Origin: Marsupella aquatica | Lineage: Eukaryota; Plantae; Marchantiophyta | Direction of reading: 5' to 3' | DNA: 64,000 nucleotides | Assembly: GCA_973895155.1 (NCBI GenBank) | Contig: OZ316893.1 | Span: 2,046,860 to 2,110,859, forward strand | In this document: in pieces, positions 46,117-60,300 of the stretch | Numbering within the stretch: the first letter of the stretch is position 1 | How the letters are laid out: every line of letters begins with the position of its first letter | Made by a program: the position numbers and the translations under genes | The notes under the pieces: generated by a model | What the model was told of the DNA's origin: nothing | The model's input: the letters and a program-made list of their open reading frames with translations, nothing else | The model's database searches: none

Positions 46117-49100
46117 TCATGCCCTCAAGTGAGAAGATATGTCAGTTACTGACATGTTTCTTCCTTCTGGTGGGTTCTTAAACTGCCCTGTGTGTAGATA
46201 GGTCTCTAACCGATAGACTACAGCTTTGGCGTCAGCATCATCATGGTTCTTTAAACTGACGAGAAACTCAGATACCACTGCTTGCATGAGCTTCATGAAT
46301 GGTTTTGGGTATGTCTGGAAGAGTCGAAAACCAGCAGTCTGTCATTTAACACAAAAATTCGTCAGTATAAACTTACATTCATTATTTCAACTAGGTCAGT
46401 CAAAATACATACCAGGTTTCGTCAAGGGATATATTGTTGTAAGTGTCTTTGTTTATTTTTCTATTCGAACTTGACGAAGTTACTTGAAGACTTGGATTTT
46501 GGGGAGTACAAACCTTGAGAAAGGCCTCCAGAGCCGAAGCAGAGAGTCTGTTTGCAGGAATTCTGTTCAGAAGGCGTGAACACCATGACCATCCCTCTCC
46601 CAACCCATGTGGATTGGCACCACCATAAACTTCAGTCTGTTTCACGCAGATTCAGAACAAATTAGACAGGCACTCAGTATGCACGATTCTCGCTCTAAAA
46701 GCCTTCGAGTCACAGCAACAAGCCCGGCCCAAAGCCCTAAGGGGCCACGACGACCCCAAGACTGGCCATGGTTGGACGACTTCCTATCAATGAACATGGA
46801 ATACGTACCTGGGTAACCGCAGCATAAAAAGTCATGTAGGCATTCATTCTTGCAACATAATCATCAGTAGATTCCAATTTACCACCATTGTCTTTGTATC
46901 CCAGTGCTTTATAATATGCTTCATCACTTGCAAATTGATTCTGCAAAGGTAGCGCCCAGAAAATTAGTACACCACCAGAGACATATACGAAGTGGTTCAA
47001 AGAAAGCTTCCTTCACGAATTCAGAATCATGAACTTCGTAAATTTCAATCGAGGTCTATGCACCTTGGAAAAAACATAATATTTTGGAACCGTGAAAATG
47101 CAGACTTGGTGTAGCTGAGCGAGCAGTGACTCCATCACAAAAGGAACCTACACCAAGAATAAGCACAAGTTTGTTATTTCGATGGGCATTGAGGTTAATA
47201 GAACCAAGAAGAGAACGGTGCCAATTATAATTCTAAGAACATCAAGTCCATGCAAAGACACGTGATCAACCAGTCACTGAACCCAAAATTACGAACAAAA
47301 TGATCTGGAGAATCGAGTCTATATCAACAAGATAATCCATGATAACATTTAGTCAAACTCAGTTGGGATCACAACAATGATACAGGTCCTCACCTGAGAA
47401 GCAACGTTGACCACCACTTGGGCCAACGCGAAAGCAAAAGATGGTAACTTCTGCACTTGAGACTCACATTGCGACAAAATCTGCCCCACAGCAACTTCAA
47501 TGAATACCAGTTGATACAGGTGGGAAGAAAATCTTCATTAAAAGCTGTAGATTGGACTCGGCCCAAAATTCGGAGAGAACCAGAAACATGTGGAAAACGT
47601 TACCTTGGTACCAAGGGTGACGATTAAGAACTGGATAGGGGGCCCGTTTGGGGTTCTGAACAGCTGAATCAATTCTGCAGACTTTTTCCTGTTGAAAAGT
47701 CAGAAAAAGATTGCAGAATAAGAATGTCAAAGTGAGAAACACAAACTACTGTGAAGTCAAAGTCATTTCCATCACGTACTTGCAAAGGCACTGTTCCTAT
47801 CAACAAGCAGAAAACTTTCATTTCAGAATGGCGAGAACATGTACCCACCTTACTTGCTCTTGTGTAGCAGATACTTGCTGCAAATGTTTGATTATTTGCC
47901 TCTCATAGACCTTGAAGTCCTGCAAAGAAACGAGAACTTCACACATCAGGGAAAAGCGACTTACTCAACACGCTCATAGCAATGGTGAAAGCATTCATAG
48001 ATAGGACAGGGAAACCTAGATTCACAATGGGCAATCAACTTTATATGAGAGAGGAAAAGCAACACATAGATCACCTTCTTCAACGTCGGATCCATCGCCA
48101 GGTGCTTGTAAGAATCTTGAAGCTCCTTTAACTTGTTTAGTCTCCCTTCTTCTAGCCGTGCAGCTTGTTCAGAGACTCTAGGCTTTGGCACTGGTTAAAA
48201 GAAAATTGAATGATTAGTCCGCTTCATCGAAGTTCCTTCGCATGGGCGTCCACAGAGCGAATGTGCATCAGAGGTCAAGGGAAGATTCACCTGAACCAGC
48301 TTTAGCAGCTTCTTCGTTTGCACGTTGTATGGCCTTTTGTTCAGCTTCTTGACTAGCGAGGATCTTGGCCTTCCTTTCAACCTCTAGTTTGACCTTCTCC
48401 TCAGCTTCTAGTTTGGTCTTCCTCTCTACTTCTACTCGCTGTAAGGCTGCTGCTGCCGCAGCATCTGCTTGTGCTTTCCGCTTGGCAGCCTCTGCTTTAG
48501 CCTTCTCCTGTTCTGCTTCAGCCTTTCTTTTTGCCTGGCGCATGATACAAGTATGTGAGAAACATTTGACCCTCACATGCTTTGCGAGAACACGAGGGCA
48601 AAGATGCAACAATTGCGGGAGCAAGGAGGGAAAAATGCAAGACAACCATTTTTATAAAAGAGAAATACAGGTGCAAGAAAAAGTCAAAGCATTGAACTGG
48701 CCTCTGCCTCTGCTTCTTCCTTAGCCCTCCTTCGCTGTTCCCTCACTTGCTCAAGTTCTCTTCTTCGAGCTTCTTCCGCAGCAGCTTCTTTTCTTATAGC
48801 ACGCTCCTCCACCTGAGATCGCTGCTCATGATCCCGCTGAAGGACTGACAGGTGCTGATCACGAGCTTCAGCACTGCCCCAAATCGTCAAATTGAAATTG
48901 GTGATGACCAGTCTACATCAGATATACTATTCTCCGCATTCGAGACGCAGATCCAACAGCAGAAACTCCATCTTTTTGGCAGACTAGAGAAATGCAGATG
49001 ATGGTGGTTTATACTTTTTAGGCAGAAAATTTCGTACACACTTGGAAAGTCCATGTTATAAAAAGCAATTATTCAGGGGGAATAACTAATGTCAGGCACC

Positions 49101-51167
49101 AAATTTTCAATAACTAAGACTGAAGGAACAAGACCATTAATACCAAGGCTATTGCCGTTCCATACACCTACAAGACAGTGGGTCTGAATGTGAAAGGAGA
49201 TAAAACGTAACGACAGTATTTGTCTTTAATTTAAACGAGACATCCTAAACCGCTAACACAGTTGAAGCTCACTTGTGAAAATCATGGAGGAGGACGCTAT
49301 GACAATTCTCAGCAAACAAAAGTGTCCTCATGATAACCGGGCACAGAATTATACATCATTCGTTGATGTTGTTTGTCGCTGCGTCGGGCATTTTCACGCC
49401 TGATTGCCTCCTCTTTTTCTACATGGGAAAATCTTGCAGCTGCTCGCCGTTGCTCCTCTCTGAACTTCTCTTCAAAGTTGACATGCGTTTGCTTTGTTTC
49501 ATCCTGTTCCTCAAAATTCATAACTATGAAAGTCAGTAAATGTCGGATACGGCAAAATGAATGTGAAGGAACTTTCATATCCTTCAAGGTTCCGAACAGC
49601 ACGACGTCAGAAAGGAAGCGTATAGCCAAAATTAAAGGTTGTTGGCACGACCTGCACTCTCAAGAGCCTCTCCCGATGTGCTACCATCAATGCAGCTTCA
49701 AGCTCATCAGTTTTAGGCAGAAGTGGTGAAGAACCCCATTCTGACCTGTAAGATGGTATCAGTCTCAGTGACATCCAGTGTCCTCACTTTGGACGTTGGG
49801 AAATCAAGCAGAGAAAACAGTAGGTAATCGATGTCCAGAACTCCAGCATCATGAAATAAGAGGTGCTTACAAATTGAGGAGAGAGAAACTTGATATTGGA
49901 AAATGATGAACACAATTCAGCTATACAACCAACCAGGAAGGGACAAGGTCTGAGAAGCTATCAAACCAATATCCTATACCGTTCTGCATTCACTCGAATC
50001 GGTGAATTCTGATGTTGATTTTCCTTTCCTTGAGGACGAACTCTCTCAGGAGATGTACATTTGCCCCCATTCTCCTCCGATGAATCTTCGTCCGAATCTC
50101 CACTGAACAGACCTGAATCAAATAGACTCATTCGGAAGCCTTTTCTCCCAAAGTCTGCCACCTCTGATAGATTTCCGCCAAAACTGCACATATTGGAGTT
50201 CACACAGACGTCCGCTAATTAAGACTAGTTGAAGTTTCCCCGAGTGGCGGGCTGAAAAAATAGCAAGCTGGCAGGGGTCAGGCTCGCACTCTTCAAATAA
50301 TGGCTGACAGTACGTACAGTTCCTTTCAGGACATTCTTCCGTAAGCCTTGAGACAGGGGATTGGTCTCACACGCACGGACTAGACTTTTGGAAAACGAAC
50401 GTTCACATTGTCACACATGCACATTCACACATCGGTGCCTTTATTCTGAGTAGAAGACTCGATTTTTCATGGAAAAGATCCCTCAACCTGTCCAAGGATT
50501 GAAACCAAACTTGCATCCCCTTAAGCTAAAATCCAGATTAAATGACGATGCTACTTATGTCGTGTGCAGATCACATGTCTCTAGTAGATTTTCGGGATTA
50601 GCTGAAAGGGACAAAAAAATAACGATATCTCCCATTCACGAACTTCAATTGTAGGGAAGGCCCCTGAGTTCCATATAAAACCCACTAGGGCATGTTTGCT
50701 AGATCAAGAAATACACAAAATTGAAGATTATCAAAATACAAAAGTAACGATCAGACATAACGATAAAAGGTAGCACTGGCATGATCTTACAATATACAAC
50801 CCTACAATGCAATGCATAAAAAATCAACTTTGATTCGTTCCCGTTCAGACTAAAAGAGAGAACAGCAGGTAATGCACAGTGCATGATGCACTTACCGTTT
50901 GGCTGATGCCGGCGTGGTGGATGCTGCACCGTCATATGAACCAGTCGAAGAGCTCCCTTTCGTAGCATACTTAGCTTCAATTTCCTCCAGCTCAAGGCGA
51001 ATGTCTATCAAATCGAAGTCGGGATTCGGGTCCACGAGCTTGGCAATTTCAGGCCTCAACGACATGGACCCCAAAGGCGACGATTCCTTAGGAGTCAAAA
51101 CCAACCACTTTTTCAAAGTCATGATGGCTGTATCCGACTTCTGCATCCCTTCGAATGATTCAACCAT
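46117..51167 (-). CDS. GLE1: mRNA export factor GLE1, about 14 coding exons
   Basis: N-terminal VDPNPDFDLIDIRLELEEIE, then E/R/A-rich coiled-coil exons (QRDHEQRSQVEERAIR..). The GLE1 domain gives QVSATQEQ, SFAFALAQVVVNVASQ, LHQVCIFTVPK, YYKALGYKD..ESTDDYVARM, GWSWCSRLLN and AGFRLFQTYPKPFMKL..PPEGR. Stop at 46117. The start codon is uncertain (51167 or 51123). Confidence 0.9.
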
Positions 51168-51380
51168 GGGGGAAAGGATGCCTGTCTGTCCACCACATTC
51201 ACATCAAACTGAGAACATGGGTGCAATCCACGATGCCCAATCTCTGGCCATTGTTTCATCCTCATCCTAAATGAACAACAGAGAAACCCCCCTCCGAGAT
51301 ACCCACACCGTCATGGTGGGGTCCTCATCAGAACCGCGACATTCCATAGCTCTCGTTCCCAAGCCCTCAACCTTCAGCTT

Positions 51381-51398
51381 AAACCCTAAGCCCTAAAC
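51381..51398. promoter_or_regulatory. Telo-box-like motif (AAACCCTAAGCCCTAAA) upstream of GLE1
   Basis: AAACCCTA is seen directly about 200 nt upstream of the CDS. Function is inferred from known plant telo-boxes. Confidence 0.4.
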
Positions 51399-51819
51399 AT
51401 TCCATAGACAAAATTACCCCAACTTCAATGCTCGCTCTAAGCTCAGGCTCACTCCACATTTGTCTGCTCGTCCGTCTGAGCAAAGTAGAATTTCAGCTCA
51501 AACGACTCAATAATAATCTCATTACAATCGCAAACAAACGGACCACGCAGTCTCCTCCTTCCTCCTCTCTATGAATTGAGTCTCCTGGTCTCCTCTTTTA
51601 CTCTTTCTACGTCCTTCTCTGTGCAAACCGAGTCTCTGCCTGGCTGCCTACACTAGCCCTGTCGATACTACAGTGACCGCGGAGAAGAAACATGAGAACG
51701 CCAACCATCCGACGATTGGGCTCTCCTCCGCAGCATCGAAAGCTTTTCTCGTGGCTTTTCTCGTGGCTTTTCTCGTGGTGAAGACCAATGTCTTCCCCCG
51801 AACAGAACGCCATGAAAAT

Positions 51820-52310
51820 TTTCTATTCGAATAGTGGCCTATGCCTTGTATTTTAGTTTTGACTATTCTATTCGAACTAGCCACATGCCTTTGCAGAGAA
51901 ATGGCTTTCTATTGGAATAGTGGACCATGAGGCTTTCTATTTAAGCAGTGCGCCCATGCCTTGTATTTTAGTTTTGACTATTCTATTCAAACGAGCCCCA
52001 TGCCCGTGCCTTCCTTGGAAATGTCAAGGTGAGAAAAATATGTCCAAATGAGAAAAGGTGGTGTCAAGGTGAGAAACAGATATGGAGATAAAAAAAGATA
52101 TCAAAGTGAGAAAAAATAACCAAATGAGAAAAGAAATCAATGTGAGAAAATAATAGTGACATGAGAAAAACATGTCAAGGAGAGAAAACAATGTGGAGGA
52201 AAAAAAAATGTTCAGATGAAGAAAAGACATTGAAATGACAACAAATTCAGGTCAAGGTGATGAAAATATGTTGGGGAGAGAAAAATGTCAAAATGAAAAA
52301 ATATGTCAAG
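51820..52310. repeat. Direct repeat of about 115-bp period, followed by a degenerate array of about 21-bp units (TGTCAAGGTGAGAAAA)
   Basis: ATGCCTTGTATTTTAGTTTTGACTATTCTATTC occurs at 51841 and 51956. GAGAAAA-containing units run from 52020 to 52310. Confidence 0.75.
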
Positions 52311-52939
52311 GCGGGCCAAGAATACAAAAGCTTCATGAGGTAGTACGCTGTTGAGGCATGTTATGTATCATCCTGGCCATAGTCATTGTGGTTGGTTCAG
52401 CACCCGTGCGTCACACATAAAATGTCATTATATGAAAATAAGTAGTTGCATAAACTATGTCATTGCCTAAAAATGGTGTGGCCCAACCAAGGAAGGACAA
52501 ATATCTATTTAAGCAAAAATTTAGAGGCTCCACCTGCACAAAAATATGGGAATATATGGTTTAGAATGGGATTTAATTTCTAGCTATAAACTTTAATCAT
52601 GAGAAAATGAAAAACAAGGTTCATTTGTTTTTATAAAAGAATATTGACTTCAGAATAGAGAGAAGAGGAGGACCCCAGAAAGCGGAGAACAACCACGATC
52701 AAATCTAAAAGAACCGAGTGTGTGCTGATCAGTCACCTATGTATTGTCACAGCACAAACCCAAACACATTAGTGTTTGGGGCTTGCAACTAAATTGTGGT
52801 GGTTTCTGTACACAGGTCATGATTGGTCCTTGGATTGGTCGTGATTAGGTGTTGATTTACATGGAGTTCCAGAGAGGACACCAAACACAAAAGAGAAGGG
52901 CAAATGCAAACTCCAAAGTTAGCAAATGATGGGTGGAAA

Positions 52940-54265
52940 ATAGAGGAGTGCAATAATGTGATGCTCTAAGGATCCATATCTAGTGTGGTAACTAAATTTG
53001 CTAGTGAGACATGGATGTACTTTAACTTAGGGAGGGTTTTCACATCAAGACATGTCACAATCACCATAGAGGGCAAAGGGAGAAAAGTAAGAGATGCCAG
53101 AGTTTTATAGAGGGAGAGGATGAGACGGGCTTTGTAAGATGTGAGCAAACAGGAATTTTCACCAGTAAGGAAGAGTTTTGTTGCAAGGCACATCCAATTG
53201 CTAGAGAGTCGCAGCCGTTACCAAATTCAGTATGAATTTACAGAGTCTCTCAGGCACCCCTGTCATCCTCTGATATTGAAATTCTAGCGCATTTGTAGGA
53301 CTCCAGATGATCAGGAAATTCCTAGCCAGGAAAGGGAAAATGGGTTTTCTGAGGAAATTGGCACCAAGATGAAGGTGCTTGAAACCAAATTTTGGCTAGC
53401 AAGGAACTAAATCTGCTAGCAAAATATTGGTTACTTCTATTTTTTTCAACCAAAGTATGATTTTTGAAGGACACAAATTCCTCTATGCTTGCATTGTACC
53501 AGCACCCATAGTAGAGTGTGTGCAACTACATAAGTCACATGGACTCAAAAGCTTTTGTCAAGGAATAGTCTTAGTAATTACTCGTAAGATTCAGTCACTT
53601 AAAGAGATGTGGTACTAGTAGTAACACTCTACATTAAGGGAGACACTGTACAAGGGTGCACAACACCTAGGAAAAGCGCAACTTAGAAAAGCTTTGTAAC
53701 AAATTCAGAGTGTGCTGAAACCCTGGGAAAAGACTGAGACCCCTATTGCTTTGAATCCTTCTATAGATGAGTGACAAAGGTGAGATTACACCCTGGAATA
53801 CTGGGGCAAATTGGGTGGATGGGCAGGTTAGGTGGGACAAGGAGCAGGTTCAGGGGATCAAACAATAGGCAGGACAAGATGACTATGAGCAGCTATCCTA
53901 TGAGGAAAGAACCTTTAGTTGAGTACCAGGGTGGCCAGCTGGTCTTGGCGACCATCTGGTGGTTGCACAGGGTCTTTTGGCCTGATTAGGGGTTGTTTCC
54001 TGCCCGGGGTGGTGTTGTCCCCTGGGCGGTTTTGTGCGGGTCCCGGCCCTCTCCGGTTTTTTTGGTGAAAAAAAAACCAAAAAAACCACTCTCCAAGAAC
54101 AGTTTGCACACAGTTGTATACAATTGCATTGAAAACTCTTACAGTACAACATCAGATTCCTTTCTTGTATGGGTCTGGTTTTCTTTGCACTGCAAGTGCT
54201 TGTATTGGCTTGTACTTCACTTGTTAGTGTGCTAGTAAAGCTACCCTTTACAGAAAAGAAAAACA
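52940..54265. mobile_element. Decayed retroelement (LINE-like) remnant ending in an A-rich tract
   Basis: Fragmented frames, a GC-rich then T/A-rich UTR-like segment, and an A-rich end at about 54250-54264. No intact catalytic motif was seen. Confidence 0.3.
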
Positions 54266-56220
54266 TGTATGTACAGATTGTTGTTTATATGGACTAGGTT
54301 TGTGTCCTGGGCAATGCATGAGATGTGTAGAGATTAACTCAGTCTTGTGATAAACCAGATCAGTATGTTAAATATGGCTTGATTGAATCCTAGTTGATAT
54401 GGGTTCTTCCTTATCTTGTGGTTCTCAAAGTGGTGGACTTCACTTGAGAGTGCTCAAGTCAGATAATAGATAACACATGAGAGATCTGGGACCTTGGAGG
54501 GAGAGCTTAGTGATGAATCTATGTATCCACATAACCATGAATAAAGTTGTCATTCCTGTGGACGTAGCCTACTATGAGGGTGAACCAGGTAGCAACCTTA
54601 TAATTGTAAGTGTATGGCTTGAGTGTGTTCCTTGAACTGAATTCCCTAAACAATGAACTAATGAGAGAACTACATTATGAAATTTGAATGTGATTGTTTG
54701 CCAACCAAGTATCTAACCAAGTTAACCATACCTGCATTGCTCCCAAAATTGCTCAACAATTTAGTTCCAAGTTTTTGGGTTGTTGGGTCAGTCTTGGCTG
54801 TGTAAAGTTTTTTTAATTAATTCATAGCATGTAGTACAAGAAGATTGTATAGACTAGCTAGTTATAAACCATCAAAGGTAGAGTTTGTTTTCAATCACTG
54901 TTCACCCTTCTCTACAAAACATGTACAACCCAAGATATAACACAAAATAATGAATGTAAGATAGGTTGTATGTATACCTAAATACAATACTGTTGGAAAT
55001 CCACAAATAAGTGTGATATTCTAGCAAAACCAGAAACCATGGCATTCCTTTCATCATTGGGCTAAAGCTTAGTTTAGCTGTACCTTACCCAATATGATGA
55101 TAGTTCAGTGGATATAGCATGTTCATCCTGGAACATGCCTCTATTTTTGTCTTGTAGTGATATGTAATTCATTTGATTTATTTTATGATAAAAGAATAGG
55201 TACATGTAAAGTATATGCCAAGAAATTAAAAGTAAGTGAGTGACATAGTACACATGCAAAGAAAAGTACATGCATTATGACCAATAAAGTACAAAGGTAT
55301 TAATATAAGAGTTTTGCACATACAGATTTTCATTTGCTTCTAGGTAATGACAATCAACTCAAATTTTGTAAAAGAAATCACTAAGGGAAATTAGTACACC
55401 AAATGTGCACATTGTTCAAACTCTTTTCTCTCACTCATGAGAAAAAAGATAATTCACTAAATAATGATTGAAAAGTAAAGATTAAACATTTATGAGGGGA
55501 GTCAAATACATTCCAAATACTCTATGTTCACAAAAAACTAAAAAGGGGTCCAAAAGTTATTTCAAAATCAAATTAATATAAATGATTCAACTAATTAAGG
55601 CACATTAAAATAGAAATACTGAATACAAAATCTGAATAAGACAAAATCTGAGAGGTGTATTCACCATATAGCAGCTTCATTCACAATTACAATAATATAA
55701 ATATTACAAAGGATGAAAGTTGGATTCACCATATATCATTTTCAAAAATAGTAATACAGCCCACATTTTCTTAGTCTTTCCTAATTTTCCAGGATAATAA
55801 GTGTGAATAGAGAGGTACACATTTGAAAGACTCAAGAGTGGTGAACCATAGTGCATTTTAACCCTTAGCCTGAGCTCCCTTTATTATATAGTGTGCATTT
55901 ACTCTAAGTTCAGTATTACACTGGAGCCATAGTTAAGGTTTATCTTAGTCACACACTAGGTTACTAGTTTGTATACTCTATATCCCAAATAGTGTTTGTT
56001 TGGATAGAGTGAACTCAGGCTTATTGTTATGGAGTCAGTTGAGAGATAAAGAGATCTTGTATTGCGGAGACTCGGTATGGGCCTAAAGTGCAATAAAACT
56101 CTCGTGTGTTCCCGAGCACGTAGCCTCAAGCTGAGATGAATCATGTATTTTTCTGTGTCAACTACTTGTGCGTTGGATAGTTCATGGGCTTGCCGTTGTG
56201 ATTATCGTCTATGCTCAACA
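54266..56220 (+). mobile_element. Two LTR-like remnants (about 54266-54700 and 55950-56220)
   Basis: Related motifs GGACGTAGCC..GGTGAACCAGGT (54560-54590) and GCACGTAGCC..GATGAATCATGT (56116-56146) resemble plant LTR U5 sequence. The second segment ends CAACA. No internal domains. Confidence 0.35.
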
Positions 56221-57371
56221 TATAGGTGATTGGAATGAGTCACTTGTGGTGCCTTTTGAAGATTTGCCTTCGAGTGTTTTGCTTTTAACCAGATTTTCCA
56301 ATCAATTGCCTCCTCCTCCAGGGGGTCTGGTTGGGTTTTGACCCTTTTTCTTCTCTCCAGGGACCCTCTTCCAGCCCCCTTTTGTTCTCTGTTTTGTTTT
56401 CTCCTTTCTCCTTCTCCTATGACAGGTCCCATGTTGTTTTCCGGCTCTATGGAATGAAGTTTTTGGGCATTCAAAAAAATAAAAAATAAATAGGTGTGAC
56501 TTTCATGGTTCATCTCTCTTCACCTCTTTTGCTTCTACTCTCCTCTACTTTGTTTGGTCCTTTGCCAGAAATTGGTCAATTTTGCCCAACCAAGTCGATT
56601 GCACATGTGTTCTTCCATGTAACCAATCGATCGAAGACTACGTGGCTTTGTGTGAACTGGACAGAGTGGACGGAATGCAAAGGGGTCTGTTGAGTACGAG
56701 ATCCAGTAAAATCTGGGTTGCGAGAATTTGTAGGGACTGATTGCTAGATTGGAAGAGAAGCACAAGGTTACACGAGAGTACAGATTCGATTGATTCAGCA
56801 CTGGGGAAGGAACGTTCTCCTGTTGAATTCCGTGGTCTGCTGGGTCTCATCATCTGCAGCTGGAGTCTATTCATTGTGGATGAGCAGTGAAGGAGAAAGA
56901 GATGCTGGATCGATTTGCATGGTGATCGTGGATCGATTCGGAAATTTGATTGTAAAACGTTAGTGGCTGAGGCTCATGTTTAATTTCTATGTAGCCTATT
57001 TGAGACAGATGTTTGTTCGTTACGGTGGAACAAATGTGTTTTGACCACTTGATTTGATTTCCTTCCCTTGAAGTTTGAAAGCCCGAGTCCATGTCCGGAC
57101 TTGGAATTTCTGAGAGAACGTATTTGCAGCAATTCGTCCTTGATAACCTCTGTTTTGATAGATCTCTTGGTTCGAGGGGTGTTGTTTGAAAGCGCCTTTC
57201 AATCCACTTGTTTCTGTGTGGTCAGCACTGCAAAATGGAAGTGGCCTTCCTTTCCATTTCAGTACTTCTCTTCTAAACTTCGTCTCTTTCAAGTCCGTCC
57301 TGGAAGTCCTTTCATTGTTCTCGTATTTGTCCCAGCCTGAAATTCCAGCCAGTGTTATACTGGTTTGAAAG

Positions 57372-60300
57372 ATGGCGGGTGGGCAAGGAGCAACGCGGTT
57401 CAAGGATCTGGCGAGAGTAGCATCGGGGGTTTCTCTGGTGTTCAATGAAATGCTAGTAAGATCGCCAGCCATTGGGAAGCTCAAAGCAGGAGATTTTGTG
57501 GGCTCTACCACCGCAACCCTAAAATACATGCAGAATTCAGTTGCTGACATAGCCGGACTGACTCAAGGGGCCGTCCGTAGTCACATGCCTTCAAATCCTG
57601 CTTCGCAATTTGCAACAGCCACGGCTTCTTTTGATGATTCGCACTCTGACTCTTCTACTAAGGCTTCTTCTGGATCTGCCTATGCCGACAAATCCCAAAT
57701 GAGATTGTCTCAACCTGAAGAATTGTTCCGCCCTGCCACATCTGTTTCGTCCTATGGTAGTCGGGACTCGGGCAGACCCAGTGAAGAAAAGATTGGCAAC
57801 ACAGGAACAGAGCCCCTAAAGGACGCATTATATGGAGCAACATGCATTTCTGGAAGAGATGACTTTTCTCCCACTGTAGAGAAAGCAGTTTCGGGCGAGG
57901 CTACCGAGTCCAGACGCAATTCAGAGTCTGTTGGCCAAATACCCCTGGACGCTGGGGGAGTAGCGCACGAAGAAATTAAATCAGTCGGCGCCTCAGAGAG
58001 AGAGGCTGAAGGAGGAGCAGCTGCTGACTTGGAAGGGAGTCAGTCAGGAATTACCAAAGAGCCACCAATACCAGTAGTTAAGAAACGGAAGGTCAGAGAG
58101 AGGCGTGTGCCTTCTACTCCAATAGGCAGAGCAATGGGGTTCGTTTTTCCTTCTGTCTACTCGGTTTGTTGTCAAGTCCGTGGGGTCAGCATCTGTCTTC
58201 CTTGTAGGTTTTTTGGGTCCCAATTTACCTAGCTTTGTCGTCGATCTACTTTTCTGGTTCCATATATACAATGTGATGAGTTGGTCGTTCAGGTCAGCGA
58301 TTCTTCGTTACTGGGCCAGGGATTTTGAATTCAATTTACTTCAATTGTTGGTACTTTGCTTCATCCTCCCAGGCTTAGAAATTAATAGGATTCTCATAGG
58401 AGAGGAGTGTGGGTGGATTGTCGGGTCACTTGTATTCAAGCTTTTCGCCTGAAATGCATGAATGCATGACGTCGAGGGCAAAACATTTGATAAGCAACTG
58501 TGTCATTGCCAGCTTTGCAGGATTAGGAGCAGGTCTGGCATGGGGCACCGTTCAGGAATCTGCCAGAAGATTGTGGGGAGGACAGAAGGCCACTCCACCA
58601 GGCCAGTCTGTATTGTCACCATTTATGACGGAACAAAATTCAGAGCGCATTGCTGTTGCTCTTTGTCGAATGCGAGGAGCTGCACTCAAAGTTGGACAAA
58701 TGCTTAGCATACAGGATGAATCTATGGTTCCTGCACCGGTACGGTAAAATGAATCTGTGCACGTTTTCATCTGGTGTCAGAGTTTGGTTATAAGTAAACG
58801 TTTTAAAATTGACTTGGAACGTCAATTCTAACGAGCCTCCTTACATCAGTAGTTTATTGCTCCTTTACATGATGGAAGTAGACGCTCTCTAATCCACTCG
58901 ACGACATATTAGCAAGGATTCCTCACTGCATTGAAGGTTTTGGAAGCTCATCGAGTGGCTTCGCAGATCTTGGCTGCACTTGAAAGTGTTCGGCAAGGAG
59001 CAGACGTGATGCCACGGAACCAATTAGATAAAGTCCTTGACAAGGAGCTCGGATCAGGCTGGGGAGAGCGCTTGGGGAGTTTTGACTATGAACCCATAGC
59101 AGCTGCAAGCATCGGCCAGGTACGTAGCTAATGACCGGCAAATGTCATTGGACTAGAACTCCCATCTTTCCGATTCTCTCTGTGTGTTCTCTCGAGAGTG
59201 ATGATTCCCAATGGTCAATGTCTTCCTTCACCAAGCAAGGGTCTTGCTTCGAGTAAGACATTTGGAACGTCACCCCTCATGAACTTGGTCTACCAAGATT
59301 TTAGAATATCGTTGCGCTACAAAATATCTGATGCTTTTCCCTTTCCTGTGTCGATGTCCGGGCACATTGTTAAGTTGCTCTAATGGTTTGCCCCTCTGTT
59401 GATTGGGGCAAGTTTCTACTTTGATCGGATTTGCCTTTTATGTGTGCCCTCAAATCTAGGGTAGCATGTTCCTCATTTGCTTACAGAAGTTCACTGATTT
59501 GTTTTGCACTGCTGGATTCACAACAGGTCCACAGAGCAGTTTTGAAGGATGGTCGTGAGGTGGCTATGAAAGTACAGTATCCAGGAGTAGCAGCCAGCAT
59601 AAATAGTGACATTGACAACGTCAGATTACTTTTAGATTATACTAACCTTATCCCCAAGGGACTTTACCTTGACCAGGCCATGGAGGTAAGAACTGCTCCT
59701 GTTTTCTGACATCCAGTCTTGTATAACCTGGTCAATAGGAATTAATTCGTTCGGATGTATACGTAATTGTTTGCTCACAGCTGTAATCATTTATTTCTGC
59801 GCAGGTGGCTAAAGAAGAACTTAGAAGGGAGTGCGACTACGGGCTTGAAGCAATTAATCAAAAAAGATTTAGAAAGTTTCTGCAGGATGAGAGAGGATTG
59901 TATGTCCCCCTTGTGATTGACGAATTTAGCACCAAGGGTGTCCTTACAACTGAACTTGTTAAAGGTGGGGGAGGCTGTTGTCTTGGAGGTCTTCGTGCAT
60001 TCCTAGCAGAGCCTCCTTTCAATAGGGTGACGAATATCATGTGGCTGATGGGTATCTATGACAAACACTTGCGCTCTTAATTCTTTCTCTGTCCTTCTAC
60101 AGGAGTGCCAATTGATAAGGTAGCTAGCATGGATCAAAGTATTCGAAATCGAGTTGGGTCTCAGCTTCTGGACCTGACCCTTAGGGAGCTCTTTGTGTTC
60201 CGTTTTATGCAGGTGAGTTTCGCATGGGAAAAGGAAAGTCAGTCGAAATTATTTTTCAGAAAAGTCTTCTTCACATGTTACTATTGTTCAAAATAGGAGA

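Noticed and set aside
52020-52310. CRISPR-like or regularly spaced array (also 9100-10060 and 27252-27423)
   Set aside because: Units are degenerate with no unique spacers of constant length, there are no cas genes, and the context is plant nuclear DNA.
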